Assembly (NCBI GenBank): GCA_913060595.1
Contig: CAJXSA010000001.1
Coordinates: 1-32,859 of the forward strand
Direction: 5' to 3'
Origin: an uncultured Ignavibacteria bacterium
Lineage (GTDB): Bacteria; Bacteroidota; Ignavibacteria; SZUA-365
DNA length: 32,859 bases
This document shows positions 1-6,814 of the stretch, piece by piece (the stretch's first letter is position 1; the number at the start of each line of letters is the position of its first letter). The translations under genes and the position numbers were made by a program. The notes under the pieces were generated by a model. That model ran no database searches. It saw only the letters and a list, made by a program, of their open reading frames with translations, and was not told the origin of the DNA.

Positions 1-55
1 GCGACGAACGTTTCTGTACCCTACCGGTGCTCTGGATGGGTAATGGCCTTGGGTA
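1..55. repeat. Left arm of a perfect inverted repeat. It is the exact reverse complement of 7354..7408 (inside the serine recombinase CDS) and is truncated by the window edge.
   Basis: rc(1..55) = tacccaaggccattacccatccagagcaccggtagggtacagaaacgttcgtcgc, identical 55/55 to 7354..7408. Identity ends abruptly at 55|56, directly next to the TAA stop (58..56) of ORF 56..709. On the minus strand it would encode ..TQGHYPSRAPVGYRNVRR.., but there is an in-frame TAG at 114..112 and no start codon in between. Confidence 0.9.
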
Positions 56-709
56 TTATTTGGGTGAGTCAGAGTCGCTCTTGCGTGAGTGCTTCTCCCT
101 AACCCACCCCTCTACAAGAGTATTCAAGAGCGCAGTGATCATGATGAAATGATCAATAAGTCGATTCCATACGTCAGAATCGATGTGACGGTCAAATGGT
201 GACACCTCCATATGCGAAATGAATGATTCCGGATCAGAGTAAGAAAAAATCGAAAGAAGGTGCTTATCTGAAAGATGGATATCCCTGCAAGCTTCAGAAT
301 AAAGTAGGCGAACCCATGGATATTGATCAGATAATGAATCTACAAGATATCCATCTCTCATCCTTTTGTTCTTTCGATCCCTATAATGATCTACCCGATC
401 ACCATTCAATATGGCTTCTGCAAATTCATCAGGGTCAGCGACAAGATACGTCGCATGGTACCTCAGACAGTTGTCCATCTGGAGGCGAAGAAGCGCTGAT
501 GGCACGAAGAAGTTGTGGTTGCGAATAAGAAGGACAAAAGCATTCGCGAGAGATAATGACCTCTTGACAGTTCCTGTTGTATAGATGTCCATATGGTAGC
601 CGCTCCCTGAGATGATTTCCATGAGTTGCTGATACGACTTCTTGAGTACCTGATCGATCTTTTCAAGATTCCGTAGCACTCTGTCATCTGCTATTGATTC
701 CATCCCCAT
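56..709 (-). CDS. Hypothetical all-helical protein, tentatively DUF5677/AbiV-like (HEPN-like helical bundle). Last gene of the defence operon.
   Basis: 217-aa ORF. AAGGAG (rc of 713..718) lies just upstream of ATG 709, and a second ATG at 703 is an equally plausible start. The segment SLSLANAFVLLIRNHNFFVPSALLRLQMDNCLRYHATYLV resembles the N-terminal helix-turn-helix signature of DUF5677/AbiV-type proteins. The family call is from memory and tentative; no clear Rx4-6H motif was seen. Confidence 0.65.
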   Translation of the reverse strand: MGMESIADDRVLRNLEKIDQVLKKSYQQLMEIISGSGYHMDIYTTGTVKRSLSLANAFVLLIRNHNFFVPSALLRLQMDNCLRYHATYLVADPDEFAEAILNGDRVDHYRDRKNKRMRDGYLVDSLSDQYPWVRLLYSEACRDIHLSDKHLLSIFSYSDPESFISHMEVSPFDRHIDSDVWNRLIDHFIMITALLNTLVEGWVREKHSRKSDSDSPK

Positions 710-758
710 TCTCTCCTTAACTGGCTGTAATTATTTTACGTTACGTCGCTCATATCGA

Positions 759-1385
759 TTATGCTGGAATCGACATCAGATATTCCTTGTTGTATTTATC
801 AATGAGTATGCTTGAATCGCTCAGCATCGTCTCAAGATCGTATGTGTAACCGATCATGATATTGGCCAAGGAGATTTGCAACTGTCTGTGCTCTTGCTGT
901 TCAATGATTTTATGGAATATCTGAATCGGAGACAAGTTGTCGAGAGATAGTAAGGACTGCTCCAGAATGTTTTCAATAGCATCCTGATCGAGGTTGATCT
1001 CCTTGACCGCTTGTTCTTTCTTTTCTAAGACAAGCGACCAGAGTGATTTCGAAATCATAATTATTTCATTCTGGTGCATTAGTTGCACAAATAATTTCTG
1101 AAGATGTGACCGTAAATCCTCCTCTATCGATATCTCAGAGTCGCGAAGCATCTCGGCCAACTTTGTGTATTGGTACGGAATGTAACTCTGGAAAGCGACA
1201 GATGCGCTCACTTGATTCTCGGCTCGTCCACGGTTGTGAACAACTACTTCTAAATTGATGTTCATCTCTCCAATAAGTGCTTTCAGGGCATTTCTCTTAT
1301 TCATAAAGCGTCGCCAGATCTGCCAAAAAGCTTGGATCACGAGGGAGAAGCTTGCAACGAGGAGACCAATATAGAGTTCATTCAT
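759..1385 (-). CDS. Hypothetical single-pass membrane protein with a helical/coiled-coil-rich soluble domain.
   Basis: The ORF track gives 759..1451. I trimmed it to ATG 1385 (MNELYIGLLVASFSLVIQAFWQIW..., N-terminal TM helix), which overlaps the upstream AbiV-like stop by 8 nt (ATGAATGA), suggesting translational coupling. No recognisable catalytic motif. Confidence 0.65.
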   Translation of the reverse strand: MNELYIGLLVASFSLVIQAFWQIWRRFMNKRNALKALIGEMNINLEVVVHNRGRAENQVSASVAFQSYIPYQYTKLAEMLRDSEISIEEDLRSHLQKLFVQLMHQNEIIMISKSLWSLVLEKKEQAVKEINLDQDAIENILEQSLLSLDNLSPIQIFHKIIEQQEHRQLQISLANIMIGYTYDLETMLSDSSILIDKYNKEYLMSIPA

Positions 1386-2094
1386 CTGGTGATACGTATT
1401 TCTTGTTCTTGGTGTAGTAGGCGTCATGATATCGAACTGCAACCACTGCAAAATCGAAATGCTCTAAATCAGATCTCATTGAATCCAGCAAAAACGCGCT
1501 AAAATCGTCTTTTGCCTTATCCATCATTTTAGTTAGAGGTATAAGTAAAAATTTATCTTCAATCGCGCCTGTCTTTACAGGTTGCGTTTCTCTTACAAAT
1601 ACTACCATATGTTTGTGACAATTAGTCGCAAGAGCATAAACCTCTTGGGCGTCGATATGACGTATGAGAAGGAGCGGATCAATGATGGAATTGTCGATAC
1701 GTGCATCCACGTACATTGAAGCTTCTCTTCCATCAATCAAGTTGAACGCACGATCAAACATTGTTTCCGCATATTTTGCCTTTTCGAGAAGAGGTAGGAA
1801 ATGGAATAATCCAAGAAACGCCCCAAAAATCTTTTGTGGGTGGTTCTCAAATATCCCTTTCATTTTTTTCTGAACTGCAGAATTGTCGAGATTGCGGCCC
1901 CTTGTGGCAAATGCATGATATGCTTTCCCTGTCTCCTCCATTGCCGCTACAGCGAGGAAATAAGCTCTGGCGTATTTGCCATTAGAGAGAAGGATGTATG
2001 ACTCTTCCAGCAAAGATTTAGCGTTCCCTAATGCACTGTCGTGGTAGGCAATTAACAGATTCTCAGAAAGCTCATAGTCGCGTTCACCCATCAT
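1378..2094 (-). CDS. AbiV-family (HEPN_AbiV-like) abortive-infection protein.
   Basis: 238 aa. The N-terminus ..ALGNAKSLLEESYILLSNGKYARAYFLAVAAMEETGKAYH.. matches the characteristic AbiV/HEPN helix-hairpin (A..LL......G.Y..A..LA..A.EE.GK). GREASMYVD matches the conserved R-E-x-x-L/M-Y-V block. It starts 16 nt after the res stop. Confidence 0.7.
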   Translation of the reverse strand: MMGERDYELSENLLIAYHDSALGNAKSLLEESYILLSNGKYARAYFLAVAAMEETGKAYHAFATRGRNLDNSAVQKKMKGIFENHPQKIFGAFLGLFHFLPLLEKAKYAETMFDRAFNLIDGREASMYVDARIDNSIIDPLLLIRHIDAQEVYALATNCHKHMVVFVRETQPVKTGAIEDKFLLIPLTKMMDKAKDDFSAFLLDSMRSDLEHFDFAVVAVRYHDAYYTKNKKYVSPDE

Positions 2095-2110
2095 TCACCA
2101 ACTTAATAAA

Positions 2111-4693
2111 TTATGGAAATGATATAGTAGCCTCGAAGTCTAATAGAGCGGAAGCCAATTCCTTAAAGTGTATGGGGTGTAACCCTTCGAATTCCTTTTG
2201 CGGCACCTTTAGATAGTTCCATTGTACATCAGTCAACAATGTCGCATTCTCGCACCATCTGATCGCCGCCTGATCTTTCAATCTCACTTCCACATCTTCT
2301 CTGCCCTTAGTCTCTATGATCCATCGGGTGCCATCGGTCAGTCTTGCAACGAAGTCAGGGAAGTAGTTTCTGATGTTGGAGAGCGAATCGGGATATTCGA
2401 TAGCGAATCCAAACTGCTCAGGTATCTTTGTGAACGCTTCTACATCCTCAGCAGTATTGAGGAATTTAGCGAAGGCGTATTCAAGTTCGTTATCACATGG
2501 CACGTAGTTGAACACACATTTTTTTGATTCGAGAACCCTTCGTTTGGAGGAGAATGGGAAAGGAGGAGTCGTTGATAACAAACGTTCTGGTATCAGAAGG
2601 GCAGGGGTTTTCTCCTCTACGATGATGTCACGTAGCGCCTTCTCAAATTCCTTTGTGACGATATAGCTGGCGAGATTGGAACTCATCGCTTGCACAACTA
2701 CAGGGTTGTCGAGATTGATATCTTTTCCAAATGCCTTTTTTTCAAAGAATTCCTTCAGCTTGGGAGCAAGAGCCGCAAACTGCGATGGAAGCTTCAGGTT
2801 GGACGCAATCCGACTTGCATAGTATCCAATGACCTCTTGAGCGGTTTGGGCGGGGGGAGGTGTGAACTCTCGTGCGAAAAGTATTTCATCTGTTAGAATG
2901 TCCCTTCCCTCGTACTGGAACGACTTGCTGGACTGCTCTTCTGCCGACAAGGGTAGCGGGTTGATATTGAAACTGGTGACATCGAGTCCTGCGATATCGT
3001 CAGAGAGAGAGGTCTTGCGAACAAGTGAAGGTGAGATATCTGGGATACCGATATCTACCTTCTTTTTCTCCTCGACAGGCTGAATCGTGATAATCTTGAG
3101 CTTGTCTTTTCCAAGCTCGAATGTGTCAAGTTTAAAACCTTCCAGAGTTTCAAGCTCGTCGACGAATTCAAGGAATGCTTTGTTTCCGATGATATCTACT
3201 CGCTCTGTGTACCCGCTTCCTGCGGTTCGGAACATCAATCTGAGTCCACGACCAATGGTCTGTTCAGGTAAAATATTCGCTTTGGCTGTATAAGGTCGCA
3301 GTCCGACGACGACAGTCACGTTTTTGACATCCCATCCCTCACGCAACATCAGTACGCTGACGATGGCATTGACGGGAGACTCATCTTCATCAACCTCACG
3401 CGCAAGCCGTCTGGCCGAATCCTCCTCTCCTTTGACGATATCACCAACACGATTCGTGTGGATAACCAGAGTCTTGTCATGGCCGAATTCACTTGGATAC
3501 TTCGTACGGAGCCAGTTACCAATGTCGTCTGCTTCGGAAGTACTGTTCATCATTATGAACAGGATCGGCTTCTTCTTCAGTGGCAGTAGCTGTCTATCGT
3601 ATTCTTTCCATCTCTCTACTCCCGCAGTGAGAAATCCAGCGTATCGAGTAGAAGCGACGTTTGACTTTGCCTCAGTGACCTTAGCAATTCCTTTGACGGG
3701 ACGCTTTACTATGTTGTCAAGGATTGCTTGTTTGAGTGGGTAATCACACACTGTCCAAGCGAAAAGTCCTCCCTTGCTGTATCTTGGAGTTGCGGAAAAA
3801 TCGAGCTGAATAGCGATCTTCGTTGCTCCATGCAATCTGCGGATAACTTGGTTCCACTCGTTGTCCTCATCATGTGTATGATGAGCCTCATCATTGAGTA
3901 CAAGAAGGCTTCCATCGCGCCGTGCGATTCGCTCATCAAAGCCGGATACTTCGATCTTCTCGTTCGTAGGCTTCTGTCCAAGAATCGCAGTCATGATGTC
4001 TGGCTCAGCGACTTTCAAAGCGTTGGGTCGCTGATAGAACTGCTGAATGTTTGTTAAAAATAAAGCCCCTTCCGAGTAGGTTCTCTCTCCATCACCGCGA
4101 ATATAACACTCAAAATCCCAGAACATTTCGAAATGCTTCGGAAACATCGGATCGGATTTGAAGATGCGGCCATTGGCGAAATCCGTACGTAACCGTTCGA
4201 AGACAATTACATTGGGTGCAATCACGAGAAATGTTTTGGCAAAATCATCGGAATCTTCTCTAACAGCGTTGAAGTAGTGCCATACAATTGCCAATGCCAT
4301 GACCTTGGTCTTTCCACTGCCAGTTGCCATTTTAACGCAGAAACGGGCAAAATCATCATATGGAGGCAGGCGTAGGTCTTTCGTGTCGTAGGCGTACTTC
4401 TCCAACAGGGCCTTTCTCGATCTTGTCTTAGCCACTTCGTAGAGATACACGAGTGTCTCAATTGCTTCTCGCTGTGCGGAGTAATACGAAAAGCTCCTGC
4501 CTGTCGGAAGCCGGTGATCAGTCTTGAACCAGAAATTAAGAAGTTCGTGAGTCGTGTCGGTGATTCCCTTGTAACCGGACGATCTCCATGCATTCACTGC
4601 GTCGCGAATGGCTGGTACGCAGACCGCAGTTTTCAAATGCTCAGCAATACCGAACAAGTCATTTTCCTGTGCAGACTTCTTGTACTTTCCCAT
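2111..4693 (-). CDS. res: Type III restriction enzyme Res subunit: SF2 helicase/ATPase plus a C-terminal PD-(D/E)xK nuclease.
   Basis: 860 aa. Helicase motifs are ATGSGKTK (Walker A), LNDEAHH (DEAH box), FSATP and QTIGRGLR (motif VI). The C-terminal YFPDF...WIIETKG is a PD..ExK nuclease motif (~2290..2365). Its ATG lies 1 nt after the mod stop. Confidence 0.92.
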   Translation of the reverse strand: MGKYKKSAQENDLFGIAEHLKTAVCVPAIRDAVNAWRSSGYKGITDTTHELLNFWFKTDHRLPTGRSFSYYSAQREAIETLVYLYEVAKTRSRKALLEKYAYDTKDLRLPPYDDFARFCVKMATGSGKTKVMALAIVWHYFNAVREDSDDFAKTFLVIAPNVIVFERLRTDFANGRIFKSDPMFPKHFEMFWDFECYIRGDGERTYSEGALFLTNIQQFYQRPNALKVAEPDIMTAILGQKPTNEKIEVSGFDERIARRDGSLLVLNDEAHHTHDEDNEWNQVIRRLHGATKIAIQLDFSATPRYSKGGLFAWTVCDYPLKQAILDNIVKRPVKGIAKVTEAKSNVASTRYAGFLTAGVERWKEYDRQLLPLKKKPILFIMMNSTSEADDIGNWLRTKYPSEFGHDKTLVIHTNRVGDIVKGEEDSARRLAREVDEDESPVNAIVSVLMLREGWDVKNVTVVVGLRPYTAKANILPEQTIGRGLRLMFRTAGSGYTERVDIIGNKAFLEFVDELETLEGFKLDTFELGKDKLKIITIQPVEEKKKVDIGIPDISPSLVRKTSLSDDIAGLDVTSFNINPLPLSAEEQSSKSFQYEGRDILTDEILFAREFTPPPAQTAQEVIGYYASRIASNLKLPSQFAALAPKLKEFFEKKAFGKDINLDNPVVVQAMSSNLASYIVTKEFEKALRDIIVEEKTPALLIPERLLSTTPPFPFSSKRRVLESKKCVFNYVPCDNELEYAFAKFLNTAEDVEAFTKIPEQFGFAIEYPDSLSNIRNYFPDFVARLTDGTRWIIETKGREDVEVRLKDQAAIRWCENATLLTDVQWNYLKVPQKEFEGLHPIHFKELASALLDFEATISFP

Positions 4694-4694
4694 A

Positions 4695-6608
4695 TCAGCC
4701 CACGTTTACATTTATTGCTTTGGTGGTATCGTTGCCGAGAATGTCAATAACTTTGACAACTACAGTATAACTGCCACTCTCTTCGTACTCATATTTCGCA
4801 TTTGTCAGAAGCTTCGGTTCCTTCTTTGTTCGATACGTCTGCCATTCATTATGAAAGGTATCGTTCTTGTAATCCCAGTCCACAGCCCAATAATCAATCC
4901 ATTGCGACCAATGTGTTATGGCTGATCGAACTTCGTCAGGAACGTCATCAGGTGGAATTATGAAGTTATTTAGCGACAACTGTAGATTCCGTTTGGTTGC
5001 TTTTAGCTTGACATCTAATCCCGCAAGCTCGAAGAACTTAATGTCCCCAGCATCTACTGCTTTCTGATCCAGCACTTCACGAGGAATCTTCTTAAATTTG
5101 ATATCGATTTTGTTGGCGATCGCTTGTTGTTTCGCAGTTTCATTTATGTCGAACGCGAATTCCCAGCCAAGAATGTCGACTCCATTTGAACTGATGTTGC
5201 TATTTTTCCCGACTGATTTCCAAAACTCTTGTATGATCGCTTTAACATCTCCCAATGAGATGGGTGAATCGACCGCACCAATATGAATCATCCTCTTTCC
5301 ACGCTTGCCATGTAGCCAAAGAAAGCCTTTAACAGATTCAGCATGATAAAGATCGAGAATGAAGTATCGATATGATTGTTCTTGTGATTGTCGATTATCG
5401 GTGTTATGGAACTCCGCTTTTTGCCATGCTTGTCGCTCGTACTTACCAAGATTCTGAACAACAAATGGCGACAAGCTCTTCATACGTAGCAGGCGCTTCC
5501 TCGTAGTATGTATCGCATATCTTCCAAGATCACATGCAACCCACCTGCGATGCAATTTCTCTGCGACAACTGGAGTGGTTCCTGATCCAGAGAAGCAGTC
5601 CAACACCAGATCACTTGGATTCGATGAAGATAGTATGATCCTTTCGAGCAACGCTTCAGGTTTTTGAGTTGGATATTTTACATCTTCTTCGGACATACTA
5701 CCTTTACGTCTTAAGTCCTGAATATCAATCCATACGTCACTTACAGCGACTCCCTGACTTTCATGAAGATATTGTTTTAAATATAGTTTTCCAGAAGCAG
5801 TCGTGATAATGCGGTTGTCTTCTCTAAACTTCCGGATGGATTCTGCGGATCGTGTACCAATCGGCTGTCTTCTAAATTTGCCACGTTCGTCTGAATACGT
5901 AAAATTGTAATCAATATATTCCTTAGAATATGGAATGTATTGAGTGTTGTAGATAGGTGAGCTGTTTCGTGAGTACAAAAGTAGATAATCTGATGATCTG
6001 CCGTATTGTTTGCCAACGGACTTTGCTCCCGCCATCGATCCGCGGAGCCACGTGATCATGTTACAAAAATTATCATAACCGAACACTTCATCCATGACAA
6101 CTTTTATATAATCAACAAGTCTCCAATCAATATGGACATATATACTTCCATTCTCTGTAAGCAACTCTCTAAGAATTAGCGCTGACTCGTAGAACCATTG
6201 TATGTACGAGTCGAGTCCCTTTCCCCAAGTGTCTCGATACGCCTTCTGTTCAATAATAGAAGGTTCTTTCAGGAATGTAGATGATTCATCCGCTTCAGTT
6301 TCGGGGTTGTCTGGGATCGTTGCCGTATAAGAGAAATCCGCGCCGACATTGAATGGAGGGTCGATGTAAATCAGATTGACCTTTCCCGCGAACTCTGGGA
6401 GCAAGCTCGGCAAGACGTACTTTTTATCGCCCCATATGAGTTTGTTTCTCCACTCGGTGGGTCTCCCAGAGGCGAAGAGATCAATTGTCTTTTTTCGATC
6501 TTCGATGGATTCGTTGACCGTCTCAATGGTTTGGAAGGGGAGAGGGATTCGGACTGGAGTAGCTTTCTTTCCGTCTTTGTATTTACCGTCCCAAATCAGT
6601 TCAGTCAT
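4695..6608 (-). CDS. mod: Type III-like beta-class DNA methyltransferase (Mod; N6-adenine or N4-cytosine) with a C-terminal PKD/Ig-like extension.
   Basis: Motif IV IYIDPPFN precedes motif I LVLDCFSGSGTT, which is the beta-class order. It sits directly upstream of res. The start was moved from GTG 6617 to ATG 6608 because GAGGTG (rc of 6615..6620) sits 6 nt upstream of that ATG. The last ~64 aa (WAVDWDYKND...YEYEESGSYTVVVKVIDILGNDTTKAINVNV) fit the PKD-domain pattern. Confidence 0.92.
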   Translation of the reverse strand: MTELIWDGKYKDGKKATPVRIPLPFQTIETVNESIEDRKKTIDLFASGRPTEWRNKLIWGDKKYVLPSLLPEFAGKVNLIYIDPPFNVGADFSYTATIPDNPETEADESSTFLKEPSIIEQKAYRDTWGKGLDSYIQWFYESALILRELLTENGSIYVHIDWRLVDYIKVVMDEVFGYDNFCNMITWLRGSMAGAKSVGKQYGRSSDYLLLYSRNSSPIYNTQYIPYSKEYIDYNFTYSDERGKFRRQPIGTRSAESIRKFREDNRIITTASGKLYLKQYLHESQGVAVSDVWIDIQDLRRKGSMSEEDVKYPTQKPEALLERIILSSSNPSDLVLDCFSGSGTTPVVAEKLHRRWVACDLGRYAIHTTRKRLLRMKSLSPFVVQNLGKYERQAWQKAEFHNTDNRQSQEQSYRYFILDLYHAESVKGFLWLHGKRGKRMIHIGAVDSPISLGDVKAIIQEFWKSVGKNSNISSNGVDILGWEFAFDINETAKQQAIANKIDIKFKKIPREVLDQKAVDAGDIKFFELAGLDVKLKATKRNLQLSLNNFIIPPDDVPDEVRSAITHWSQWIDYWAVDWDYKNDTFHNEWQTYRTKKEPKLLTNAKYEYEESGSYTVVVKVIDILGNDTTKAINVNVG

Positions 6609-6814
6609 CGACAACACCTCGTACTGATTAAGTAGAAAGCCAGTCGTCAGAGAAAACTCTCAGCACCGGTTATAGGAGGGAAAATACTTAATCTGACTGG
6701 GTGTAGCAATCGCAAAAGGAATTTCATTTTTCTGTCGCAACAAAGCTACTGGAATGGCGCTGTCGTTACGAGAGGTACGCTGGTCTATCGTCAAAAAACG
6801 TCTATGGAAGGAGC

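Noticed and set aside
223-4925. Short plus-strand ORFs inside the island genes (223..528, 2222..2527, 3324..3743, 3728..4057, 4514..4925 and others).
   Set aside because: They are antisense to well-supported minus-strand genes (helicase and methylase motifs). They are short, Ser/Leu/Phe-rich and have no SD boxes.
4695-6608. Search for simple-sequence repeats in mod that could give phase variation, as is common for Type III mod genes.
   Set aside because: No homopolymer or tetra-/penta-nucleotide repeat tract of notable length was seen in or just upstream of mod.
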